Assembly: GCF_000015145.1 (NCBI RefSeq)
Contig: NC_008818.1
Location: 1,050,001-1,082,000 of the forward strand
Direction of reading: 5' to 3'
DNA from: Hyperthermus butylicus DSM 5456
GTDB taxonomy: Archaea > Thermoproteota > Thermoprotei_A > Sulfolobales > Pyrodictiaceae
Length of the DNA: 32,000 nt
Positions 9,123 through 17,500 of the stretch are shown here, in pieces. Each line of letters begins with the position of its first letter. Positions within the stretch are counted from its first letter, which is position 1. Both the position numbers and the translations under genes were made by a program. Below the pieces are notes generated by a model that was not told the origin of the DNA, ran no database searches, and was given only the letters and a program-made list of their open reading frames with translations.

Positions 9123-9986
9123 GTGTCTGCTCGCGGCGTCGAGCCAGTGGTTCGTAAGCCGTGCCGTGTAGTAGCAGTTGTGAGCGGTGGCCCGGACAGC
9201 ACAGGGTACATGGTGCAGTGGCTAGCTAGGGGGTGTATGGTTCACGCGCTGAGCTTCAACTACGGCCAGAAGGGTAGCAAGGAGCTGGAGGTTGCGGAGA
9301 AGCTCCTAGCAAGGATAAACGAGATGGCTTCCTCGCGGCCAGGCTGGGGCCGCATCCTAGAGCACCGTGTAGTCGACATGTCGTTTATGAGGGAGTTGTG
9401 GAGAGGCACACAGCTCACCGATGAGACCGTGAAAGTTGAGGAGGAGTACCAGCCCACCGTCGTGGTACCGATACGGAACGTCGTAATGCTATCCATCGCC
9501 ACGGCCTACGCCTACAGCCTCGCTGAGCGCTATTCCGGCGAGAACATCTACGTGGCCTATGGCGCCCACTACAACGACATCGCACCCCGGAGCGATACCT
9601 GGGAGCCACTCTACCCCGACTGCAGCCCCGAGTGCATCGAGGCGCTGCAGACAGCGTTTAGGCTATGCCACTTCCGCGGCAGCAGAAGAATAGAGGTATG
9701 GAGCCCGTCCAGGGAGGGTCTAACCAAGGCTGAAAACTTGAAGCGCACCTACCAGCTGATAGGCAATCTCATCTACGAGACTTGGAGCTGCTACGAGAGT
9801 GGCAGGTTCCACTGCGGCCGCTGCAAGAGCTGCAGAAACAGGCACCGCGCCTTCAAGGAGGCTGGGATACCCGACTGCACCCCCTACCTGCACCCGCCAG
9901 GAGACCCGAGCGAGTTCGAGGAAAGGGTAATCGATGGCGTTAGAGTCTACGTGCATCGCAGCTGCAGCCGTGCCAGGGAATCCTAA
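9123..9986 (+). CDS. queC: 7-cyano-7-deazaguanine (preQ0) synthase QueC
   Basis: PP-loop motif [14 protein letters not shown]-terminal zinc motif C-x8-C-x2-C-x2-C ([18 protein letters not shown]), characteristic of QueC. An alternative GTG start is at 9147. Confidence 0.85.
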   Translation: MSARGVEPVVRKPCRVVAVVSGGPDSTGYMVQWLARGCMVHALSFNYGQKGSKELEVAEKLLARINEMASSRPGWGRILEHRVVDMSFMRELWRGTQLTDETVKVEEEYQPTVVVPIRNVVMLSIATAYAYSLAERYSGENIYVAYGAHYNDIAPRSDTWEPLYPDCSPECIEALQTAFRLCHFRGSRRIEVWSPSREGLTKAENLKRTYQLIGNLIYETWSCYESGRFHCGRCKSCRNRHRAFKEAGIPDCTPYLHPPGDPSEFEERVIDGVRVYVHRSCSRARES

Positions 9987-10065
9987 GGGCTAGGTTTATG
10001 GGGGCCAACCGGACCACTACTAGAATCCAGACTGGGGGCACAGCAAACCCTAGGCCCCCACCTCT

Positions 10066-10884
10066 TTGGCTCAGAACGGAGGGTCAAGGGTGCAGCAATA
10101 CAGCCGCGGAGAGGAGCTCCCCTTAACGCCGCCCAGACCGGACATCGGCGCGCTAGTAGTCGCCGTCATGGTTGGCGCATTGCTCGTCGCTGCTGGAAAG
10201 CCCACTGGGCTCGCCTTCTTCCTCGCCGCCGTGGCCGGGCTGGTTGCGCTCCCCATACTTTTCCTCGCCCGCGAACTAGCCGTATTTCATGCAGGTAGGA
10301 AGCCCCTTGAGCCCAGCAAGGCTGGCCTTGTGGCTGACTGGGTGGCCGCAGTTGCGAGGGAGGCCGGAGCCCAGAAGACATCGATACTCTACGTATACCG
10401 TAGAGGCGTGAGCCTCCAGGTGGTACAGTTCGGCGAGCCCATAGCCAGGGAGAGAAACCCCAGGCTTGAGGCAGGACTTACCTGGCTCGTCCACCGCGCA
10501 GCTTGGAACGGGCTACTAGCAACAATGCTCCACCGTGGCCTCCTCATAGTGGCGCTTCCCGCCCGGACTATGCATATGCTTTACAGGCTTGTCGGCTGGG
10601 ATAGGCACGGCCCATACGTAGTCCTCAAGGGAAAAGAGGCCGTCATAACTGTATACAGGGCGCTGAGGGAGATGTTGACAGCACTATCCCAGGGAGCAAA
10701 CCGTGCATACATAGCCTACGCCGCGACAAAGCTCGCTACAAGGCTGCTGGTCCGGGGGCTCCTGCGCATAGACCCTACCGAGGCTGAGCGCCTCGACGCA
10801 CTGCTACCCGCGGAGCCCCCATGGGTGCGGTGGAGGGTGCAGCGCCAGCTAGCCGAGGAAGCCGTTGAGGCCATAGGAGCTTAG
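10066..10884 (+). CDS. Hypothetical membrane protein with two N-terminal TM helices and a soluble C-terminal domain
   Basis: 272-aa ORF with hydrophobic helices ALVVAVMVGALLVAA and LAFFLAAVAGLVALPILFL. No family motif recognised. Start uncertain (TTG 10066, GTG 10090 or ATG 10168). Confidence 0.45.
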   Translation: MAQNGGSRVQQYSRGEELPLTPPRPDIGALVVAVMVGALLVAAGKPTGLAFFLAAVAGLVALPILFLARELAVFHAGRKPLEPSKAGLVADWVAAVAREAGAQKTSILYVYRRGVSLQVVQFGEPIARERNPRLEAGLTWLVHRAAWNGLLATMLHRGLLIVALPARTMHMLYRLVGWDRHGPYVVLKGKEAVITVYRALREMLTALSQGANRAYIAYAATKLATRLLVRGLLRIDPTEAERLDALLPAEPPWVRWRVQRQLAEEAVEAIGA

Positions 10885-11058
10885 TATTTATGCGGAGCAG
10901 AAACAGTATAACTACCATGCCGGGCTGTGAGGAGGTGCTTTTCACCCGACCCCACGGACGGGGCTGCGGAGCGCTTGCCGCTCCGAGCCCTCCACGCGCC
11001 TCTAGCGGGCTGATGAGCCCACCCTTGGCTTAGCCCCTTTGCAGGTGCTGAGCTGCTT

Positions 11059-11418
11059 TTAGGCTGACCCGCCGCATCTTCCCGATGCTTCAGCCCTCAT
11101 ACCTACGGGACCGTGATACCCCTCGGTAACCACCTTTACCTCGCCACCTCCTAGTGCTTCACAGAAGTCCCTGACAATTGTAGCTGTCAGCTCCTCTTGC
11201 AGTATCTTCCTGCCCTTGTAGCTCTGTAGGTAGAAGTGAAAGCTCAAAGCCTCAATGTAGCGGCAAACCCTGCCCGCCGATGACGGCTTATACTCTACTA
11301 TCACCCTGTACAAGTCAACCATACCCGTAACCGGGCATACAGCCTCAACACTACCCGTAAGCACAACCTTTTCAACGCAAGCCTCGCCTTCAACAACCCT
11401 TAGCTCCTTGTGCTGCAT
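11059..11418 (-). CDS. QueF-like small T-fold protein (crenarchaeal QueF-L type, archaeosine pathway)
   Basis: 119 aa. Contains the Cys motif CPVTGMVDLY (compare QueF C-P-x-T-G-x-P-D) and the segment YIEALSFHFYLQSY (compare the QueF E-x-K-S-x-K-x-Y-L motif). Lies two genes from queC. Confidence 0.62.
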   Translation of the reverse strand: MQHKELRVVEGEACVEKVVLTGSVEAVCPVTGMVDLYRVIVEYKPSSAGRVCRYIEALSFHFYLQSYKGRKILQEELTATIVRDFCEALGGGEVKVVTEGYHGPVGMRAEASGRCGGSA

Positions 11419-11592
11419 TGTTCCCGCCCAAGCAGGGAAACAATGCTTGCTCCCCTTATGACCCTAGAGGTGCACAGCATTCGGCGCTCCCAAGCCTTGA
11501 AGCAGGGCGCCAACGCTACAATGGATGTGGAACTGTATAACGCTACATTAGACTAGCTCCACCATACCCTCTGGCCTGGTGTCTGTGGAGCC

Positions 11593-12309
11593 TTGAACAG
11601 CCCCCTTGACGAGGTTCTAGCTGTTAACCCGGCAGCACTAGAGGAAACATACCGCAGCAGAGAGCTCTTCCAGGGATACCGTGTAGAGCCGCCCTTCGCA
11701 CTACGGCTCGACGGTGTTGGGTGGGGACACCGCCTAGAGGGCTTCACGCAGCCCCGCGACCTCCGCGTGCACCGCGCACTGGTACACGCTGTTATGGAGG
11801 TTCTAAGACTGCTGGGGGGCTGCTGTGGCTACGTGGTCAGCGACGAGGCCAACATTGTCTTCCTAGACGAGGCCCCCTACGGTGGCCGCGTCGAGAAGCT
11901 AGCCAGCATATCTGCCGCCATAGCCTCAGCCACTGTATCCCTGGAACTCGGCCGCAGGCTATTCCTAGACTCCCGCGTTGTGAAGCTCTACAGCAAACGG
12001 GACGCCTACCGCTACCTACTCTACCGCGCACGGGTCGGCTTCAACAACTACGTCTCAACACTCTACCACCAACACCTAGGCTCCAAGAAGTACACGCCAC
12101 CACTACACGTAATGCTACACGAACTACGAGAGAAGACAGACCTCGACCCCCTCAAGGGGCCGCACTGGCGTAGCCTGGGCAGCTGCATAGCATACCTAGA
12201 AGCCGAAAGACAATCCAACAACACCATGGCTCTGAGGAGACGAATAGCAGCAATGGACGGCCTCGAACTCTGCAGAAAGAAGCTACTAGAAAACGAGGGC
12301 AAGGAATAA
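11593..12309 (+). CDS. tRNA(His) guanylyltransferase-like protein (Thg1-like protein, 3'-5' nucleotidyltransferase)
   Basis: FALRLDGVGWGHRLEGFTQPRDLRVHRAL...YVVSDEANIVFL matches the Thg1 core (vvRlDGrnF...f.KPnD.r...SDEyS.vf). Starts at a TTG. Confidence 0.7.
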   Translation: MNSPLDEVLAVNPAALEETYRSRELFQGYRVEPPFALRLDGVGWGHRLEGFTQPRDLRVHRALVHAVMEVLRLLGGCCGYVVSDEANIVFLDEAPYGGRVEKLASISAAIASATVSLELGRRLFLDSRVVKLYSKRDAYRYLLYRARVGFNNYVSTLYHQHLGSKKYTPPLHVMLHELREKTDLDPLKGPHWRSLGSCIAYLEAERQSNNTMALRRRIAAMDGLELCRKKLLENEGKE

Positions 12310-12351
12310 AAACACCCCACACACCAGAACACTGAGGAATCATGGATTGGT

Positions 12352-12428
<77 letters not shown>

Positions 12429-12806
12429 CCCTCTACTCAAATCTCCTTCGCTTAGTTGCTGCTTTTACATGAGCCGCTCGTTCACGATTCTGTCGAGAGG
12501 CCCAACACACTTGGTGACTACTCTACCATTCTCTCGGCCTTGCGGGTAGACGTATATTCTTCCCTTGATCTTCTTAACTACAGGCTTGGGAGGCAAGGAC
12601 TAGACCCGTATCAGAGGCACATCAAGCATCTGTTATGTAGTTAACACGTAGACAGCTAACCCTGACAAGCAGAAATGGGCAGCCAAGAGGAGTCTACAAT
12701 CAACTCCTTGTAGCTGAGGACACAAGTAGTTAAGTTACCATGTTTTGTTACACCTCTATATGAGGTTAAGAATTCCACATTAAGGTGGATTAGGTAGAGG
12801 GGCACC

Positions 12807-13203
12807 ATGTTTACAGACTATAAAATAAGGTATTACTTCTGCGAGAGGTATGTTACTGACTCTACGCTTCTTCCCAACTCCATACTTCAAGACTTTAGCT
12901 ATCAGCATGAACTCATAATAAACTTGCTTAGGGAGATAAAGGAGAGAATTGGCATAGATTACGAGCTTTACCCGTTAAGATGTAATGACGAGGAGATTAT
13001 TTATAAAGAGCACTTTGTTAGGAGAAGCAGAATACAAGATTCACGACCTTACAGTTTCCCAAGCTCTTAAATCAAATAGAGGAAACGTCTACATACATGG
13101 AGTTATAGCTCTTGTAAAGAATGGAGAAGTTGTATGGTATCTCAAGGGTTGGAAACGCGACTATAATTTATGGCACGAGAAGACCGAGGAAATAAAGCCG
13201 TAA
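12807..13203 (+). pseudogene. Frameshifted small gene of unknown function (87-aa and 72-aa ORFs overlapping in different frames)
   Basis: The first ORF, preceded by GAGGGG, reads sensibly to ...NDEEIIYKEHF and then degenerates (VRRSRIQDSRPYSFPSS*). The +1 frame continues sensibly as LGEAEYKIHDLTVSQALKSNRGNVYIHGVIALVKNGEVVWYLKGW. The junction is around 13010-13030. Confidence 0.4.
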
Positions 13204-13368
13204 GAAGAGGCTTAGGTTCCTAGGCCTACAAGTAGGCTTTCTTATGCTTGTTCTTGAGAATCCACAGTACCTCACAGACATTATAGAATACCTCTTGGCG
13301 TTAAGCTTATTAATACCGCTAAACCTCGTACCACAGTAACTCCATATGCTTATTCAATAAAGAGCGTA

Positions 13369-13740
13369 ATGCTTGCAGCGTTTCCTCTACGCGCAGACAT
13401 AGTAGCAATCAAAGATCCTTCGAACATACAACCAGGCATATACCTCTTTGCACGTGGATTAAGACAGGCATATAGGCTTAGCAGGCTGCAAGAGGAGTAT
13501 AGCATGTTTCCCGACACAAGAGTTAGTACCTTACTTGTTGATGATCTTGCAGAAATGGAAATACACGGCAGAAAGGCAGTAGTAGTTGAGGTTAAAGCCG
13601 ATAGAGTGAGCGAGCAAGCTATAGGCCGGCTTCTAACATATGAAGCTCTATTAAGAATTGAGACCTGGATCCAATACATAGATAAAGTCATAGCTGCACC
13701 AAAGAATGATGCACTGAGCATAAAGCTGATGGAACTCTAG
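13369..13740 (+). CDS. PD-(D/E)xK nuclease core protein, NucS/DUF91-like. Possibly the 3' portion of a broken longer gene.
   Basis: LLVDDLAEMEIHGRKAVVVEVKADRVSEQAIGRLLTYEAL matches the D-x(10-20)-E-x-K motif followed by the (Q/R)-x-x-x-Y helix pattern of NucS-type restriction-endonuclease-fold domains. A typical preceding helix (LVLENPQYLTDIIEY) is found upstream in another frame (13196-13338). Confidence 0.5.
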   Translation: MLAAFPLRADIVAIKDPSNIQPGIYLFARGLRQAYRLSRLQEEYSMFPDTRVSTLLVDDLAEMEIHGRKAVVVEVKADRVSEQAIGRLLTYEALLRIETWIQYIDKVIAAPKNDALSIKLMEL

Positions 13741-13895
13741 TGCAACAGTTTTAATGGCCTCATCCTATAGTATTTGATCTCAAATATTTTGGTTATCTCT
13801 CCATCTTCTCTAAGTTGCACTAAGCAATCCCCACATATCTCCACATAAGTAGATAGTTTTTAGTGTGCTTCTTGCCAAGGGGCCTTCCCTCATCA

Positions 13896-13917
13896 TCAGT
13901 TTTATATCAGTTTTATA
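13896..13917. repeat. Perfect tandem duplication of an 11-mer (TCAGTTTTATA x2)
   Basis: Read directly: tcagttttata tcagttttata at 13896-13906 and 13907-13917, within the ORF-free AT-rich region. Confidence 0.7.
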
Positions 13918-14453
13918 ATGGTGGCGGTTTATACAATAGAAGCTACGTCCGCATAGCTCGCAACGAGCTATATAATCAGTTACGTGCTTAACTTGGAACT
14001 GGCATCAATACAAACCCTCTATACTACTGCTTTATAGTGTCCCATTACGTCTGTTTCTTCAACTCTTTTTACTAACAAAGCGTTGAAATAGCTCCCAGCA
14101 CCCTGAAATACGGATCAAGGCTTTCATTCACTAAACGGTCTATCCCTCATACCTAGAAGAAGCTAAGACATAGCACGTTTTCACTCAACGGGCAAACTCT
14201 GTCCTAGCCACAATACACGCTCCACGCTTTTAAGTATTGCAATAATTGTAAGGTGATAATTACTAATGTGTATAGTTTCGTGTGAACTGCTTGTCCTTCG
14301 TCTGGAATGTAGGGATAAGTTACCCAATATCATATGATGCAAAGCGTTCTTATGTTTCGGAACTAAATTGTAGATTGTATTATTGGTGGGTGTATTTTAC
14401 ATAGTACCCTTTACATAGTTAAACACGTGTTATATAGTCTATTTGCTTCTTCA

Positions 14454-14514
14454 GTGTAAATAATTTTTAATATTGCTAAACTCAGATATTTTAAACAGTG
14501 ATATCTTAAACAGT
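14454..14514 (+). promoter_or_regulatory. Putative fdnG promoter/operator: an A/T-rich TATA-like stretch followed by a 15-nt tandem repeat
   Basis: gtgtaaataatttttaatattg (14454-14475) is TATA-box-like. GATATTTTAAACAGT (14485-14499) and GATATCTTAAACAGT (14500-14514) are adjacent copies with 1 mismatch. They lie between the TATA-like element and the GGAGG/ATG (14539), where an archaeal repressor would block RNAP. Confidence 0.4.
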
Positions 14515-14538
14515 GTGGAGGCTTGAGGCGATAGGGGT

Positions 14539-17500
14539 ATGCAGAGGACTGACAACAATTCTCTTAAGCTCTCTAGGCGTGCGCTGCTGCGTGCTGCTAT
14601 CGTTGGCGGTGTAATGGCTGTTCTCCCGAAGGCTTCTCTACGTGCGCTTGGATTTGCTGCTCCTAAGCGCTATCGTCTCGGCGAGATTGGCAGCCTAGAT
14701 CTCGAGGAGACTGTTGAGGTTCGCGGCGTCTGCACCTACTGTAGCGTTGGCTGTGGCATAATATTCTACAGGAGGGGTAACCGCGTAGTCTACCTTGAAG
14801 GCGATCCTGACAACCCGCTTAACGAGGGTAAGCTCTGTGCTAAGGGTAAGGCTGGCATCCAGCTGTTCGGCGCACAGAACCCGCTGAGGGCTAGGAAGCC
14901 GCTGATCCGTGTTAGCCCGAAGCCTAAGCCGGAGGAGATCCTGGCGGCAAGGGATAGCAATGAGCTAATGAAGGTTCTCGAGAAGTACAAGCCTGTATGG
15001 CGAGAGGTTACGTGGGAGGAGGCATTCGCCTACATAATGAAGAAGATGAGGGAGATACTGGAGGAGAACCGTGACGCTATAAGAGCCTACCACCCCTACG
15101 ACGGCAAGGTCTGTGACAGCAAGAAGGGCTGCTGGTTCCGGCTGGGCAACCAGTACCCAGTCATGATAATTGCCGGTGCTAAGCTGCTAAACGAGGAGGC
15201 ATACCTCATAAGGAAGATATCGATGCTCATAGGGAGCAACAACATAGACCACGATGCTCGGCGCTGCCACTCAACCACCGTGGCGGGTCTCGCCGGCACC
15301 GTTGGCTTCGGTGCGCAGACCCAGAGCTTCCCCGACACCCAGTACATCAGCGTCTACCTTATCCTCGGCGGCAACCCTGCAGAGGCACACCCTGTTAGCA
15401 TGAGGCATGTAATGAAGGGCGTGAATAGGGGTACGCTAAAGCTGGTTGTTGTGGACCCGAGGTACGGTAGGACTGCTTCCAAGGCTGAGCTGTTCGCATT
15501 CCACAGGCCGGGCACTGATATAGCGGTTCTCTACTACCTGCTGCACTACGCGTTCTGGGAACGCAACCCACCCATAGACCAGCTGCCAGAGTTTAAGGAG
15601 TATGCCAAGAGGTTCAACATAGACCTCGAAGAGATAGAGGAGATTAAGGATATTGCCAAGAGGTTTACCGCCGAAGAGGTATCAAGGATAACTGGTATAC
15701 CGGTAGACAAGCTGAGGGAGATAGCAAAGCTATTTGTCGAGAATAGCGGTGTAACCACAGGCTTCAAGAGGTTTGCCTCGATAGAGTGGGCTATGGGTCT
15801 TACACAGCACCATGTAGGCACCCAGAATACCAGGCTTGCGACACTAGTACAGCTAGCCCTCGGCAACGTTGGATTCCCGGGCGGTGGCCTCAACCCATAC
15901 CGTGGCCACAGTAACGTGCAGGGCACCACTGACCTCTGTATACTGAGCCACATATTCCCAGGCTACATCAAGATACCGACCAACAGCAAGCAGATACGTG
16001 CATATCAGGAGTGGAAGCTGAAGGGCTTCCCAGACGCGTTCAACTGGAGGCCAAGCATGAATACTTGTAAGGCTCTCGGCCTAAAGTGTGAGGAGTGCGA
16101 CGAGAATGGCGACAACTGTAAGCTACGCGTTGATAGCAACGCACTACTCTGGTCATGGTGGTTCATGAACTGGCGCCGCTACGAGCTGGCAATGGGCATC
16201 TTTGTTGGCACCGACCCGGAGGACAAGCCATGGGACGAGAATAGTGCTGTGATAAGTGATCTACCACTCAACAAGGGCTACACCGAGAACACATGGTGGA
16301 TGGGTGTCCTAATGCCAGACGACCCGAGGACTAAGAAGATAGGAGGCAAGATAGATGCTATGTGGATATTCGCTGAGAACATAGCTGTAAGCAATGCAGA
16401 TGCAAAGATGACCATGGCCGCACTGTCGGCTCTAAAGCTGCTAGTGGTTGCAGACATATTCCTAAGCGAGACCGCGTGGTTCGCCGACGTATTCCTCCCA
16501 TCGGCATTCCAGTACGAGAAGGAGGGCAGCATAACCAATAGCAACCGCTGGATACAGTGGCAGCACCGCGTCGTAGAGCCGCCGGGCGATGCCAAGCCAG
16601 ACCTATGGATAATGTACAAGTTCTGGGAGTACATGAGGCGTAGCGGGCTCGTAAGGCTACCCAGCGAGGAGTATGGAAAGAGGGTTGAGAGGGTTCTAGT
16701 GAAGCACCCCGACGCTGACACCGTCGTCGAGCTGTACAGGAGGAAGATAGAGCCATTCATGAACTATGGCAGCTCTAGATACCCGTGGCGCGACTATCAG
16801 GAGGTAGATCCCGTCCTGGTATACAAGGAGATTGACGCCGCTGTAGACCTCTACTATGGCCAGTACGACTGGGCTCACGACAAGATTCTAGCAATGAGGC
16901 GTATCAGTGCGCCACGCGTACCCGGCCAGCCCGACGGCCTCATCGATAGCGGCGAACTGGAGCACCCAGGTGGTAAGGCTCCGCTAAGGCTCTACAAGGA
17001 CTGGGGCTGGAGCTGGCCTAGGAATGTTAGGATACTCTACAACCTCTACACACTAGACAAGACCTTCGGCATTAAGGATAAGTTCACCTTTGAGTCTGGC
17101 AAGTACGCTGTAGGCCCCGAGCTAGATGGCAAGACTGTAGAGATTTGGGGCGAGACTGGAGAGATCATAGATGCGAAGACCAAGGAGCCAAGACCAGCAT
17201 TCATACCGGGACACAACTTCTTCATCGGCAAGTACTATAAGAGGGCATGGACCTGTCTCACCGAGAAGTGCCGCGAGAAGTCTACAGCTGACATATTCAC
17301 CGGCGCTGTATCCGCTGAGGAGCTGATAAGGGAGGGCAAGACTGCTGGCAAGATAGTCGTCTGGAGGCTTGACGGCAGCTACGAGGTGAAGACGGTTGAC
17401 GAGCTAGGTATAAGGTGTCCAATGTGCGAGAGCTTCTACTACGATGAGGAGCTAGTAATAGGCTATGGCAAAGCTGCATTCAACAAGCCGTACTTCAAGG

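Larger units (their letters stand above)
12429..14538. mobile_element. AT-rich islet next to the tRNA-Ala 3' end. Putative remnant of an integrated element or genomic islet; no intact integrase is present.
   Basis: There is a sharp visual drop in G+C starting just after the tRNA. Only short or frame-broken ORFs are present: a 43-codon minus-strand ORF at 12465-12596, a frameshifted pair at 12807-13203, and a nuclease core at 13369-13740. The final ~800 nt are ORF-free. No terminal direct repeat of the tRNA 3' segment was found by eye. Confidence 0.35.

Noticed and set aside
11009-11052. Possible C/D-box sRNA in the convergent spacer (cTGATGA ... 12 nt ... CTTA ... CTGA)
   Set aside because: C box to D box spans only about 44 nt. 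There is no recognisable C' box and too little room for a second 12-nt guide. The D' is degenerate and the terminal stem is weak. A local 7-bp hairpin (CGGAGCG-CTTGC-CGCTCCG) and short T-tracts are more simply explained as 3'-end signals of the two convergent genes.
11721-12173. 150-aa Pro/Arg-rich ORF in an alternative frame of the Thg1-like gene
   Set aside because: It has the low-complexity P/R/G composition typical of off-frame reading of GC-rich coding DNA. The overlapping frame carries clear Thg1 motifs.
13350-13721. 123-aa minus-strand ORF exactly antisense to the nuclease-core ORF
   Set aside because: The translation is hydrophobic and Ser-rich without motifs, while the plus-strand frame carries a coherent D...ExK...RxxxY nuclease signature. 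It is a mirror ORF.
13801-14005. Minus-strand open frame (~61 codons, ...VTDYIARCELCGRSFYCINRHHYKTDIKLMMREGPLARS...) resembling a degenerate C2H2 zinc finger of crenarchaeal viruses
   Set aside because: There is no start codon before the final 26 codons. The Cys/His spacing does not fit a proper C2H2 finger. The 11-nt tandem duplication lies inside it. The evidence is too weak to call, so I mention it only as possible further element debris.
13741-14538. Replication origin (AT-rich unwinding region with origin recognition boxes); the same was considered for 3824-4072 and for the GTGGAAATG-like sequence near 6510
   Set aside because: I could not find repeated ORB or mini-ORB dyads (TTCCA-n-TGGAA type) flanking the AT-rich DNA. 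No orc1/cdc6 gene is adjacent. The single GTGGAAATG match lacks the dyad partner.
15265-15267. Selenocysteine recoding in the FdnG-like subunit
   Set aside because: The codon at the SeCys-equivalent position is TGC (Cys), not TGA. The ORF is uninterrupted, so this is a Cys-type enzyme and no SECIS element is needed.
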